Source: an uncultured Clostridia bacterium (lineage in GTDB: Bacteria; Bacillota; Clostridia; Christensenellales; UBA1242). From it: a stretch of 64,000 nt of DNA. Shown piece by piece: positions 20,858 to 30,991 of the stretch. How positions within the stretch are numbered: position 1 is the stretch's first letter; each line of letters opens with the position of its first letter. The stretch covers positions 20,062 to 84,061 of the forward strand of contig CALWTK010000001.1 of NCBI GenBank assembly GCA_944384465.1, in the 5' to 3' direction. Under the pieces are notes generated by a model. The model was given only the letters and a program-made list of their open reading frames with translations, ran no database searches and had not been told where the DNA came from. The position numbers and the translations under genes were made by a program.

Positions 20858-21065
20858 ATTATTTACCCTTGGAGCAATTGCTATCATTGCCCTTCTTTTG
20901 ATTGTCACAATTGTTCAAATAGTATTCATCAACAAAAAGAATAACGAATTGGAACGTCAGCGTATTGAGTTGGAACAATTAGAAAACGAATTAAATTACT
21001 ACCAAAATCATCAAAACGATAGCGATGATGAACATTATGACATTGTCGACACAGGTGAATTATGA
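20832..21065 (+). CDS. DivIC/FtsB-like septum formation initiator (short)
   Basis: One TM plus leucine coiled coil, third gene of the yabP-yabQ-divIC order. Confidence 0.55.
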   Translation: MEGNKKRVKLFTLGAIAIIALLLIVTIVQIVFINKKNNELERQRIELEQLENELNYYQNHQNDSDDEHYDIVDTGEL

Positions 21066-21613
21066 TAATCACTATCACAGGAAAACCATGCAGCGGGAAA
21101 GGTAGCGTCAGTAAGCATTTTTGTGCAAAATACGGCTTTCAATATATATCCACTGGAAACATGTTTAGAGAGTTAGCAAAACTAAACGGCTACGACGACA
21201 TCCTAGAATTTCAGATGAATGAAAACATCAAAGAGATTGACAACCAAATAGATGATCGGATCGCGGCTTTAGGTAAAGAAAAGCTATATGAAAATATTGT
21301 CATTGACTCTAGACTTGCTTGGCATTTTATTCCGAAATCATTTAAAGTGTTTATTGATGTAAATTGGAAAACGGCGGGCGAGCGCTTATTAAAAGCAGAA
21401 CGCGAGACCGAAAAGGCAGAAAACCTAGATCACGCAATCAAAATATTAAAAAAACGCTGGAAAACTGAAAACGAAAGGTATTTAAGTCTATACAACATCA
21501 ACAATCTTGATAGATCACAATATGATCTGGTGATAAAGAGTGATAACAAAACGATAGAAGAAATATCTCACAAAATATTTTTAAGTTACAAAAAATTTAT
21601 GCAAAAGGCATAA
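21062..21613 (+). CDS. Cytidylate kinase-like protein (COG1102, archaeal-type cmk)
   Basis: MIITITGKPCSGKGS P-loop, STGNMFRELA, IDSRLAWHF, RYLSLYNIN. Confidence 0.85.
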   Translation: MIITITGKPCSGKGSVSKHFCAKYGFQYISTGNMFRELAKLNGYDDILEFQMNENIKEIDNQIDDRIAALGKEKLYENIVIDSRLAWHFIPKSFKVFIDVNWKTAGERLLKAERETEKAENLDHAIKILKKRWKTENERYLSLYNINNLDRSQYDLVIKSDNKTIEEISHKIFLSYKKFMQKA

Positions 21614-21653
21614 ATTTTTTTAACATATTCATTTCATTTTCATATAATGCCAT

Positions 21654-22349
21654 ATGAAAAACTGGCTAAAATTACTGCTCGTCTTATTGTTCTTTGCTGT
21701 CATAAGTGTAGGCTTGTATTTCTTATTACGAACGTTTAATATAACGGATATCTCCACCTTGCAAGAATTCATATTGAGCACCAAACAATATGGTATAATT
21801 GTGTTTTTGCTGATAGAAGTCCTGCTATTTTCTTTGTTCTGCTTTGTCCCCGTCCTCAATACCGCCCTAGTTGTACTAGGCGTAGTATTATTTGGCGGGG
21901 TAAAAGGCTTTCTCATCTCATGGCTGGCTTGCTTTCTCTCTTCGAGCATACTTTTCTTCATAGGAGATAAGTTTGGTGAAAAACTCGCTTCAAAACTCAT
22001 TGGGAAAAAAGAACTAGAAAAAGCTCAAGATTTAATTGACTCCAAAAGCAAAATACTTCTGCCAGTCTGTTTCACTATACCCGTGATGCCAGACGATGCA
22101 CTATGTCTAGTCGCTGGCATGACGAAAATGAAATACTGGTATTTCTCAATTATGTGCATAATCTTTAGGGGAATAGATTGCGCACTAGTCTGCTTCCTTG
22201 GAAGCGGGATAATGGACTGGAGCAGTTTAACAGTCGTCGAATGGGTTCTATTGATCAACTTAATTATAGTTGACGTGTATTTATTGCTAAAATTTGAAAA
22301 ATATTTTGAAAACCGCATAAAAAATAGAAAAAATAATGACAAAAATTAA
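21654..22349 (+). CDS. TVP38/TMEM64 (VTT/DedA superfamily) membrane protein
   Basis: Multi-TM with GVVLFG and IPVMPDDALCLVAGMTKM motifs. Confidence 0.85.
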   Translation: MKNWLKLLLVLLFFAVISVGLYFLLRTFNITDISTLQEFILSTKQYGIIVFLLIEVLLFSLFCFVPVLNTALVVLGVVLFGGVKGFLISWLACFLSSSILFFIGDKFGEKLASKLIGKKELEKAQDLIDSKSKILLPVCFTIPVMPDDALCLVAGMTKMKYWYFSIMCIIFRGIDCALVCFLGSGIMDWSSLTVVEWVLLINLIIVDVYLLLKFEKYFENRIKNRKNNDKN

Positions 22350-22990
22350 TTTTTATACGGATTTATAAAATTTTTCTTGTTCGTTTGCCTTGCGCGTGCT
22401 ATTGCAAATTCATCTACATCGACGTCTTTGTTTATCGTGCTCCCAGCTGCTATGTAGGCGTAATCGCTCAATGTGACAGGTGCTATCAAATTGACATTTG
22501 AACCAACGAATACATAATCACCTAAATAACATTTTTGCTTGACTTTGCCATTGTAGTTACAGAACACGACCCCGCAACCAATGTTACAATTATTCCCGAT
22601 TTCTGCATCTCCAATATATGCTAGATGTGCCATTTTTGTATTGTTACCTATCACGGCATTTTTGATTTCTACGAAATTACCCACCCTACAGTTATCTCCA
22701 ATTTCACTATTCAACCTAATATGAGCGAACGGACCTATTTCACAATTGGCACCTATAGAAGAATCTTCTATAAAACTTGATAGTATTTTTACCCTATTCC
22801 CGACACTCACATTGCTCAATACAGAATTGTTAGATATCTCAACCTCGTCGCCCACAACTGAATTCCCGCTTATTATTACTCCTCTACCTATACGCACATT
22901 TTCCCCTACCACCGCATCTTTTGATATAAAAATATTCATTTTTTCAAGCATTTCAGAGTCTAAAGTTTTATTATAAATTATACTTTCCAT
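22346..22990 (-). CDS. Stand-alone GlmU C-terminal acetyltransferase domain (left-handed beta-helix)
   Basis: IGPFAHIR, VGNFVEIKN, KMAHLAYIGDAEIG, CNYNG, FVGSNVNLIAPV, IAAGSTI, IARARQ. No N-terminal pyrophosphorylase domain. Confidence 0.85.
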   Translation of the reverse strand: MESIIYNKTLDSEMLEKMNIFISKDAVVGENVRIGRGVIISGNSVVGDEVEISNNSVLSNVSVGNRVKILSSFIEDSSIGANCEIGPFAHIRLNSEIGDNCRVGNFVEIKNAVIGNNTKMAHLAYIGDAEIGNNCNIGCGVVFCNYNGKVKQKCYLGDYVFVGSNVNLIAPVTLSDYAYIAAGSTINKDVDVDEFAIARARQTNKKNFINPYKN

Positions 22991-23070
22991 AAATTAATAT
23001 ATGTGAAAAAATTTAAATCTTTACCAAAAATAAAATTGCTAAAAAAATGTTAATAATGTATAATAATTTC

Positions 23071-23964
23071 ATGGAGACAAACAAACTCACTATAAAAGAT
23101 TCATCAATATCATTTTTTGTCGGCTTTCTGTTGTGTCAGTTGAGTGTAGTTTTTGTCAGTTGCATTGGGTTATTTATCACAACAATTGCAAATATTGACA
23201 CGTCAAATTTAGACCTATTTTTAAATACAAGTTACGGATATTTGATATGCGTTCTAGCTATGGATTTGACCATGCTAGCAGTGTTTTTCTTCATGAATAG
23301 GAAAAAGGAAAACTCCCTTATAGCTAAACCTAGCGCAAAAAAGATTTTCATGTATATCGGTATAGCTATTTTATCTTTCTTCTGCCTTTATCCTTTGATC
23401 ACATGTATTGACTCGTTGCTCACACATTTTGGATTCAGTCTCAACACTATCCCATATGAGTTGAATACCACAAATTATCTAGTCTCTCTCATTTCTCTAG
23501 TGGTACTCCCCGCAATTTGTGAAGAATTGTTATTTAGAGGACTGATTTTCAAAGGACTAAAACGTTATGGAAAAATATTTTCTATAGTCATCAGTGCAGT
23601 CATGTTCTCAATATATCACATGTCGTTGGACCAAACGGTATATCCATTGCTGATTGGATTGTTACTGGGAGTAATAATGTACTATGAAAACAACATATTA
23701 TATTGTATTGCTATTCACCTGACCAACAATTTCTTGTCATTGACTTTGTCTTACTTGAACGTTCCTTTGATGTACCAACATTGGACATATATACTGATAG
23801 CAATAGTCTTAGCGGCAGTATTCATAACTTTAGTATTATATTTCACAATAAAAAATCACAAAAATCATCCAAAAGAGAGTATAAATGCTGAAGGTAAAAT
23901 CTATTTTTATGTCAGTATAATTATTATGCTTATCTTATGGATTGTCACAAATTGTTCAAAATAG
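23071..23964 (+). CDS. CPBP (Abi/CAAX) intramembrane metalloprotease
   Basis: PAICEELLFRG, FSIYH, IAIHLTNN. Confidence 0.92.
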   Translation: METNKLTIKDSSISFFVGFLLCQLSVVFVSCIGLFITTIANIDTSNLDLFLNTSYGYLICVLAMDLTMLAVFFFMNRKKENSLIAKPSAKKIFMYIGIAILSFFCLYPLITCIDSLLTHFGFSLNTIPYELNTTNYLVSLISLVVLPAICEELLFRGLIFKGLKRYGKIFSIVISAVMFSIYHMSLDQTVYPLLIGLLLGVIMYYENNILYCIAIHLTNNFLSLTLSYLNVPLMYQHWTYILIAIVLAAVFITLVLYFTIKNHKNHPKESINAEGKIYFYVSIIIMLILWIVTNCSK

Positions 23965-23965
23965 T

Positions 23966-25018
23966 ATGAAAAATAAGAATTTCTTTAAAATCAGTATGAT
24001 TTATTTTGTAGCAATGCTATGTGTTGCTGTTATTTTTGTGCTCGGCTATCTAGGACTATTACAAAACGATATCCTTTCATCATTTTTGATTCAAATTGTT
24101 GTCATGTTTGCTATCCCTATGCTAATGTACACCTTTTTAGTCAGCAAGAATTTCAAAAAGACCTTCACCGATGCGGGATTCAACAAAATCAGTGGCACAA
24201 TGATAGGTATTAGCATACTTTTAGGTGTTGTTCTGTATTTTATCAATTCGTTCGTGGCAGACGTGTTTGCTAGTCTTATCGCACTGTTTGGCTATGAAAG
24301 TATTGGCACTACCACCACTGTGACACTTGACTATGCTTATCTATTAAAAGACTTCGTATTATCTGCAATTTTGCCTGGAATTTGTGAAGAATTTCTGCAT
24401 AGGGGGATTATGCTGCACGCGGGCGAAAAAGCTGGAAACCCTAGATATGTTCTAATCATCTCATCCATCCTATTTGGGCTGATGCATCTCAATATAAACC
24501 AGTTCTTCTACGCGGCAATTTTAGGCCTACTGATGGGCTATGTCGCTTTAGTCTCAAACAGTATATTCCCTAGCATGATCATCCACTTTATGAACAATTT
24601 TTTGAGTTCGTATTTTGTGTATGGCTATTATTTAAATTGGCCATTCGCAGCGGCAGTCAACAATCTAAAAGCATTCTTGATGTCCAATATATTTGTATTT
24701 ATTACCACTTGCACAATACTCGTCATTTTGTTGGTGATCGCCTACATATATCTCACTAGATGGATGATAAAAGAACGTGCACGGCGAGATGTAAAAAAGA
24801 TAATCGAATATCTAGAGCTGAATTCGCTGCCAATTACCGAAGCACAAGAAAAGATAAACCAAGCGAATCTCTTGCTAAGACAAAGCAAAATGATGAATCT
24901 AAAGACCAATGTCCCTGGCGGAACAAAATTTTCTTTTACCGACAACATATTCGTCATATCTAGTTTCATACTAGGTGGACTCATCACAATATGTAGTTTC
25001 ATATGGGGAGTGATATAA
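23966..25018 (+). CDS. CPBP (Abi/CAAX) intramembrane metalloprotease, second paralog
   Basis: PGICEEFLHRG, FGLMH, MIIHFMNN. Confidence 0.92.
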   Translation: MKNKNFFKISMIYFVAMLCVAVIFVLGYLGLLQNDILSSFLIQIVVMFAIPMLMYTFLVSKNFKKTFTDAGFNKISGTMIGISILLGVVLYFINSFVADVFASLIALFGYESIGTTTTVTLDYAYLLKDFVLSAILPGICEEFLHRGIMLHAGEKAGNPRYVLIISSILFGLMHLNINQFFYAAILGLLMGYVALVSNSIFPSMIIHFMNNFLSSYFVYGYYLNWPFAAAVNNLKAFLMSNIFVFITTCTILVILLVIAYIYLTRWMIKERARRDVKKIIEYLELNSLPITEAQEKINQANLLLRQSKMMNLKTNVPGGTKFSFTDNIFVISSFILGGLITICSFIWGVI

Positions 25019-25488
25019 TGCTAAAAATTAACCTTATAGCAATCGGTGACATAAAGGAAAAATACTTAAAAGATGCCATAAATGAATATCTAAAGAGGCT
25101 CACTAGATTTGCTGACATGAAGATCATTGAATTGAAAGAAAACAACCCGAAATCAAATTCTCCTGCCGAGATAAAAGCTGCCCTCAAACAAGACAAAGTA
25201 GAAATTGAAAAACATATAAAAGGTTATTCAATATGTTTAGACATTGAGGGCAAGCTGTTGACGAGCGAAGAGTTTAGTAAAACAATAGAAAAAATTTCAA
25301 TCACAAACAGCGAAATTTCATTTATAATCGGAGCATCCAACGGCTTAGACGAAGAATTGAAATCAAAGTGCAATATGCGTTTATCTTTTTCAAAGATGAC
25401 ATTCCCGCATCAACTTATGCGCGTGATATTTTTAGAACAACTATATAGAGCATTCACAATTTCAAACAATATTTCATATCACAAATAG
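25018..25488 (+). CDS. rlmH: 23S rRNA pseudouridine-1915 methyltransferase
   Basis: FIIGASNGL, LSFSKMTFPHQLMRVIFLEQLYRAFTI, YHK. TAATG overlap with upstream gene. Confidence 0.96.
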   Translation: MLKINLIAIGDIKEKYLKDAINEYLKRLTRFADMKIIELKENNPKSNSPAEIKAALKQDKVEIEKHIKGYSICLDIEGKLLTSEEFSKTIEKISITNSEISFIIGASNGLDEELKSKCNMRLSFSKMTFPHQLMRVIFLEQLYRAFTISNNISYHK

Positions 25489-25496
25489 AGGTGAAT

Positions 25497-26495
25497 ATGA
25501 CTTATCAAGAATTAGTGAGCAAAATTGTCCAACTCCAAGACGAAGGGTTGGAACTTTTTAATGCAGGAAAATCGGTGTTGGGGAAAAACATATTGGCGAC
25601 TCATGTGGGAAGTTATGATGGCACGCAGATTTTAATTCAAGCAGGCATCCACGCAAGAGAATACATAACCAGTTTATTATTAGTCGAGATGGCTCGGAAT
25701 CTACATAACAATGATTTAATTCAAGAAGGTGGAATATATTTCGTCTTTTTAGCAAATCCTGACGGCGCAGAAATTGTTTTAGACGGGTTAGATTCCATCC
25801 CGTGTGAGATCACAAAAAATTATCTCATATCAGCAAACGGTGGGAGTACAGATTTTTCTCAATATAAAGCGAACGTCAATTTGGTGGACCTGAACACCAA
25901 TTTTGACGCTGATTGGGGGAATGGTTCACAAAATGTATTCTGCCCTAGCACAGAAGATTTCGTAGGGTTCTATCCAAATAGCGAGCGCGAAGTACTGTCC
26001 TTAATCAATTTCACCTTACAAACTAAACCAAGTCTAACAATATCATATCACACAAAAGGAAATGTTATATATTATGGCTTTGAAGGCGAGGGGGATCAAA
26101 ATATAGCAAGAGATCAATCAATTGGTGAAAGTTTGAGCGAAATTACAGGTTATCCACTAATTTTCACCGAAAATTCCACAGGTGGCTATAAAGATTGGTG
26201 CATAGACTCGCTCAAAATCCCCGCTTATACAATAGAAGTGGGTGACAATTCTATCCCACATCCGCTGGGTATAGAAACATTGCCCGAAATCTATCAAAGG
26301 AACAAAGACGTCCCCATAGTCGCCCTTCAAAAAGCCATTGAATACGCTCAAGAAATTGACTTTACCACCCCAGATGTGATAAATATTACAAAAGAGGTGA
26401 AAAATGCATCCAATGAAAAAGGCTACATCGCTCGCTTACAAAGCAGACTCAATTGGCGAAGTGCCCATAGGAGCGGTGATAGTAAAAGAAGATAA
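25497..26495 (+). CDS. M14 family peptidase, gamma-D-glutamyl-meso-diaminopimelate peptidase-like
   Basis: AGIHARE, NPDG, KANVNLVDLNTNF, SYHTKG, GGYKDW, TIEVG. Confidence 0.85.
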   Translation: MTYQELVSKIVQLQDEGLELFNAGKSVLGKNILATHVGSYDGTQILIQAGIHAREYITSLLLVEMARNLHNNDLIQEGGIYFVFLANPDGAEIVLDGLDSIPCEITKNYLISANGGSTDFSQYKANVNLVDLNTNFDADWGNGSQNVFCPSTEDFVGFYPNSEREVLSLINFTLQTKPSLTISYHTKGNVIYYGFEGEGDQNIARDQSIGESLSEITGYPLIFTENSTGGYKDWCIDSLKIPAYTIEVGDNSIPHPLGIETLPEIYQRNKDVPIVALQKAIEYAQEIDFTTPDVINITKEVKNASNEKGYIARLQSRLNWRSAHRSGDSKRR

Positions 26496-26853
26496 AATCA
26501 TATCGACCGGATATAATTCACGCGAAAAGGATCAGATAGCAACTCACCATGCAGAGATCATCGCGATTGAAAAGGCGTGTAAAAAATTGAAATCATGGAG
26601 ACTGGACGAATGTGATATTTTTGTCACTTTGGAGCCATGTCCAATGTGCGCAGGCGCAATTTTGAACGCAAGAATAAAAAATCTATACTATGCTGTCCCA
26701 GACGAAAATTATGGCGCGGTCAGCAAATTCAATATGCTAAACAACAATTTAAATCACACAACAAAATCCTTTCATCTAAAAGATTATGAAGAAGAAAACA
26801 AAAATTTAATTCAAAATTTCTTTAAAACAAAGAGAAAATCAAGTAAAAAATGA
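26404..26853 (+). CDS. tadA: tRNA adenosine(34) deaminase
   Basis: GEVPIGAVIV, HAEIIAI, TLEPCPMCAGA. GAGGTG RBS. Confidence 0.93.
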   Translation: MHPMKKATSLAYKADSIGEVPIGAVIVKEDKIISTGYNSREKDQIATHHAEIIAIEKACKKLKSWRLDECDIFVTLEPCPMCAGAILNARIKNLYYAVPDENYGAVSKFNMLNNNLNHTTKSFHLKDYEEENKNLIQNFFKTKRKSSKK

Positions 26854-26878
26854 TTATTTATAAAATTTTTTATAAAAA

Positions 26879-26900
26879 TAAAGACGAATTATCGTCTTTA
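26879..26900. terminator. Bidirectional hairpin between tadA and hup
   Basis: TAAAGACGA-atta-TCGTCTTTA. Confidence 0.65.
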
Positions 26901-27170
26901 TTTTACACTTCTTTTTAAATTGTCGCTCGCTTTGAACGAAGGGGCACGCCTTGCTTCCATCATGTGCGTTTTGCCTGTTTTGAAACTGTACATAGGTTTT
27001 GATTTGATCTCGTTGACCTTAAACTTACCAAAATTAGATAGCGTCACACTTTCCCCTTGCTTCAATGCGTCTTTGATCACTTCAATGATTGTATCAAGAC
27101 ATAATTTGCAGTCTTTTTTGGTAAGTCCAGTCTTTGAATATACTGCATTTACAAATTCATTTTTATTCAT
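26898..27170 (-). CDS. hup: Histone-like DNA-binding protein HU
   Basis: MNKNEFV...GESVTLSNFGKF...PSFKASDNLK. GGAGG RBS before ATG 27170. Confidence 0.88.
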   Translation of the reverse strand: MNKNEFVNAVYSKTGLTKKDCKLCLDTIIEVIKDALKQGESVTLSNFGKFKVNEIKSKPMYSFKTGKTHMMEARRAPSFKASDNLKRSVK

Positions 27171-27212
27171 AATATCCTCCGAAATGATGATATCCAACTA
27201 TAAAAATTTTAA

Positions 27213-28721
27213 TCATCTAATCTTGTATTTCATCATGGCAGAGTCTTTTTTGTTGAAAATCTTTAATAAATATAGACTTCCTAAATATACTATAGCCGCC
27301 ACCACTATGCCTAGCAAAGTGTTGCTCCAACTAGTAGACACACTCAATATCCCTACCAAAGCTAGAAGCATCAGCGAATTTGCCACAATCAACTTCCCTG
27401 TGAAAATATAGTTTATGCGTAAATTGAAGTGCTCTTTTATCTCAAAATGATTTAGCACCATTACCGTCACATAACATACTGTATTTGCTATTGAAAGTGA
27501 ATATATATTTAGATATAGACTAGGCATGAACAGCAATTCAATGACGAATTTTAAAATAACGGCAATAATCAAATTCCTAATAGTTACATATCTTTCATCT
27601 ATCGCCTGAAGACTGCTAGAATACACCTGGTTGACTGCCAAAAATATTATGCCTATCCCAGAGATACTCAACAACCTATATGCAATATTTAACCCTTGCA
27701 CACCCATACCATTCAATCTGTTCGCATAAAGTAGATCGATCAATCTATCTGGTATGAACAAAAAGCACAGTACACACGGCACACTGATTATCAGCACAAT
27801 TTTTATAGCCAAAGATAATTTGTGATTTTTATTAAATTCACTCGTCCTCAAAGCAATATTTGGCAGTATCACACTCGCTATCGCAAACGAGAAAATGGTG
27901 GGCAAACTCACCAGGCTGGACACCGCCCCGCTTTCTAACCCATACAAAAATATGGACATAGATGATGTGAAATTCACGCTCAATAGATTGACGACTAAAA
28001 CACTATCTATAAAAGTGGCAATCGGCATGATTATATTAGTTAGAGTAATAGGAAGGATATCTTTCGTGATTTCTTTTATACTTATATCTATCTGCTCTTC
28101 CTTCTTGCCTCGCTCACGCCTGTAATAGAATATTAAAATTATGATTGACACGACTTCGCTCACTACGATACTTATCATCGCGCCAATTATGGACGCAATC
28201 AAACTCACATTCAGCAACGCCAAACTCAGCACCAACCCCACGCATAATTTGACAAATTGTTCCATTATGTTTGACACCGCGCTAGGGATGAAATTTTCTT
28301 GCCCCTGAAAATACCCCCTAAGCACACTAGCGCCACTGACCAAAATGATCGTAGGCGCCAAAATGATATAGCAAATACTGATACTTTCTTCACCTTGCAA
28401 GGAGGCCAACCCCTTGCTTCCTAGCAACAAAATCAAAGTGAGCACCAATGAAATGACAGCTGTAAACATCATGCATTTTTTGACCACTGACTTTCCGTTA
28501 TTCTTGTGTTTAGCTATAATTTTTGATATGGCCATAGGTAGGCCCGCAGTCGCCAAAACCACACATAGAGAATAAAGCGGGAACACCAACTGATAGATCC
28601 CAATTCCTTCCCCTCCCAATATGCGAGTGAGTCCAATTCTGTAGATAGCACTAAAGACCTTTGCCAAAACGCCACCAATTGACAATATCAAAGCTCCAGT
28701 CATAATATTATTTCGTTTCAT
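27213..28721 (-). CDS. SpoVB/YabM-like MOP-family flippase
   Basis: GALILSIGG..AKVFSAIYRI, GIGIYQLVFPLY, GLPMAISK, LRGYFQG. About 14 TM segments. Confidence 0.88.
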   Translation of the reverse strand: MKRNNIMTGALILSIGGVLAKVFSAIYRIGLTRILGGEGIGIYQLVFPLYSLCVVLATAGLPMAISKIIAKHKNNGKSVVKKCMMFTAVISLVLTLILLLGSKGLASLQGEESISICYIILAPTIILVSGASVLRGYFQGQENFIPSAVSNIMEQFVKLCVGLVLSLALLNVSLIASIIGAMISIVVSEVVSIIILIFYYRRERGKKEEQIDISIKEITKDILPITLTNIIMPIATFIDSVLVVNLLSVNFTSSMSIFLYGLESGAVSSLVSLPTIFSFAIASVILPNIALRTSEFNKNHKLSLAIKIVLIISVPCVLCFLFIPDRLIDLLYANRLNGMGVQGLNIAYRLLSISGIGIIFLAVNQVYSSSLQAIDERYVTIRNLIIAVILKFVIELLFMPSLYLNIYSLSIANTVCYVTVMVLNHFEIKEHFNLRINYIFTGKLIVANSLMLLALVGILSVSTSWSNTLLGIVVAAIVYLGSLYLLKIFNKKDSAMMKYKIR

Positions 28722-28788
28722 ACCTGTATTTTTTGTAAAAATAAAAAAAATATTTTGAAAATTAGATAAAATTAATTATAATTTTATT

Positions 28789-29700
28789 ATGAAAAAAATA
28801 TTCGATAAATTTATCATTGCCCTAGCACCCATGGCAGGAGTGACTGATTTTGCCTTTAGGAAAATATGTGCGGATTTTGGTGCAGATATGGTCGTCACTG
28901 AAATGATCAGTCTAAAAGCAATCGAAAACAGAAATTTCAAGACAGAAAAGATGCTTCGTGAAGAGGCAAACGCCATCCGCTGTTGCCAGTTGTTTGGACA
29001 CGATATTAAAAGTATAAAAAAAGCTTTTGAAACAAAACTTTTTGATCAGTTTGATATGATAGATTTTAATTGCGGCTGTCCCGCTCCTAAAATTGTGAAG
29101 AATGGAGACGGCAGTGCTATGATGCGTAATATAGAAAAAACAAGAGAGATCATATCCGCCCTAGTCAAATACAGTAAAAAACCTGTTTCCGTAAAATTTA
29201 GATTAGGTATAGACGGCGTAAATAATTATATAGAATTCGCCAAAATGTGTGAAGAATGCGGGGTGAAATTCCTGACCCTGCACGCACGCACAAGAGAACA
29301 AGGCTATACAGGCGAAGTCGACAAAAACGCGTATCTAGAATTAATAAAAAATGTCAAAATCCCTGTCTTTTGGAGTGGAGACATCAAAACAAAAGATGAT
29401 GTGGAATATGCAAAAGCTATTGGCTGTTGTGGCGTGATGATTGGAAGGGCGGCTATGGGAAATCCTGAGATATTTTCTTATCTAAAGGATGAAAATCCGC
29501 CATACGATAAAAAACATGCCATAATGACGCACTTTGAACTATTGAAGACTTATTTTCATACTGAAAAAACTTTGGTAGCATATTTTAAAAAGCACCTGCT
29601 TTGGTATGTCAAAGCTATAAAAAATGCGACCGAAACAAAGGTAAAAATATTAGAATTCACTACATTGAAACAGTTAGAAACATTTATTGATACGATATAG
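28789..29700 (+). CDS. dusB: tRNA-dihydrouridine synthase
   Basis: LAPMAGVTD, TEMIS, DFNCGCP, SVKFRLG, LHART, MIGRAAMGNP. Confidence 0.92.
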   Translation: MKKIFDKFIIALAPMAGVTDFAFRKICADFGADMVVTEMISLKAIENRNFKTEKMLREEANAIRCCQLFGHDIKSIKKAFETKLFDQFDMIDFNCGCPAPKIVKNGDGSAMMRNIEKTREIISALVKYSKKPVSVKFRLGIDGVNNYIEFAKMCEECGVKFLTLHARTREQGYTGEVDKNAYLELIKNVKIPVFWSGDIKTKDDVEYAKAIGCCGVMIGRAAMGNPEIFSYLKDENPPYDKKHAIMTHFELLKTYFHTEKTLVAYFKKHLLWYVKAIKNATETKVKILEFTTLKQLETFIDTI

Positions 29701-29747
29701 CATTTTAAAATGTTTCTTTATTTTAATAAATAATGTATAATATCTAT

Positions 29748-30314
29748 ATGAAAAGTATAGATAAAGAAATTTTATTGTGCAACAAATGTGGAAAGCTGAA
29801 AAAATTATCCTGCCCTACCGTGCAGATCGGCAACTCAAATATTTTAGTCATAGGAGAATCTCCAGCAAAAAATGGTTGGATAGTATCAAATCGAGCTTTC
29901 TACGACACCAATGAAAAACTTCAATCTACTGGCAAAGTCTTGTCTAAACTTTTGGCTTTATGCTCACTTAACTTGGATGACATATACTTCACTGAATGTT
30001 GCAAATGTCTGCTACCCGACAGAAAAGATTTAAGAACTTGCACCACGAATTGCAAAGAGTTTTTATTTCGCCAAATTGAAAAACTAGATATAGACATCAT
30101 TCTACCTATGGGGCAGTTCCCAACTGAAACAATTTTAAATCAAAAAATCAACAAATTAAGTGATTATGTCGGCAAGCAGTTTGAAGTCTGTATCAATAAT
30201 AAAAAATATACAGTCATTCCAATCTACCACACGTCTCCCATCAACCCTTTGAGCTATAAAGGAAATGAAGAGATATTTAAAAATTTATCTAAATTGATAA
30301 AATCTAATAAATAA
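29748..30314 (+). CDS. Uracil-DNA glycosylase superfamily protein (family 4/5-like, Cys-rich)
   Basis: CNKC, VIGESP, FTECCKC, PIYHTSP. Confidence 0.8.
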   Translation: MKSIDKEILLCNKCGKLKKLSCPTVQIGNSNILVIGESPAKNGWIVSNRAFYDTNEKLQSTGKVLSKLLALCSLNLDDIYFTECCKCLLPDRKDLRTCTTNCKEFLFRQIEKLDIDIILPMGQFPTETILNQKINKLSDYVGKQFEVCINNKKYTVIPIYHTSPINPLSYKGNEEIFKNLSKLIKSNK

Positions 30315-30319
30315 CTATA

Positions 30320-30348
30320 GAATAATATTTTTCTAATTTCTCATACTA
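30320..30348 (+). promoter_or_regulatory. Forespore sigma-G type promoter of spoVT
   Basis: GAATA-17 nt-CATACTA matches the sigma-G consensus (GHATA...CATWHTA). spoVT is sigma-G dependent in Bacillus subtilis. Confidence 0.7.
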
Positions 30349-30362
30349 ACATAGAGGTTATT

Positions 30363-30899
30363 ATGGAAAGTAAAGGAATTGTAAGAAGAGTTGATGAATT
30401 GGGGCGAATCGTGCTCCCTAGAGAGATGAGAAAAATGCTGAATGTACGTGAAGGTAGCAAGTTAGAAATTGGCATAGTTGATGGTAACAAATTTTTGCTC
30501 ACAAAATATAGTGACATGGTGTCGCTAAAAGAATATAGCGACGCTGTCGCCAGCGCTATTTCTGTCAGTATAGAACACGATGTATTGATTTCGGACATGG
30601 AAAAAATCCTTTCTTCTAACAAGAAAAAATATTTAGGAAAAGAATTATCTGAAGAAGTTCAAGAACTTATCTACAAAAAAGAAATTGTGATCAAGAAAAA
30701 AGATGACGGAAGCGAAATGCTCAATTTCTTTGTAAACACTGCTAACGAATTTACCTGTCAACTGATTGTCCCTATTGTAAAAGATGGCGATGCCATTGGA
30801 TCAATAATCATATTGGCTGTAGAAAATAAGTGCTTTGACGACAGCAGCGTGAAAATTTGTAAGGCATTTAGCAAATATTTGAGCGATCAAATTTCATAA
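30363..30899 (+). CDS. spoVT: Stage V sporulation protein T (AbrB-like + GAF)
   Basis: GIVRRVDELGRIVLPREMRK..EG..LEI. C-terminal IVPIVKDGDAIGSII. Confidence 0.92.
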   Translation: MESKGIVRRVDELGRIVLPREMRKMLNVREGSKLEIGIVDGNKFLLTKYSDMVSLKEYSDAVASAISVSIEHDVLISDMEKILSSNKKKYLGKELSEEVQELIYKKEIVIKKKDDGSEMLNFFVNTANEFTCQLIVPIVKDGDAIGSIIILAVENKCFDDSSVKICKAFSKYLSDQIS

Positions 30900-30991
30900 A
30901 TTTACAAAAATTGTAATAAAAATTATTTTATATTTAAATTTAATTTTGCAATACTCCTCTCACATGCTATAATCATCTTAAGGTGGTATGT

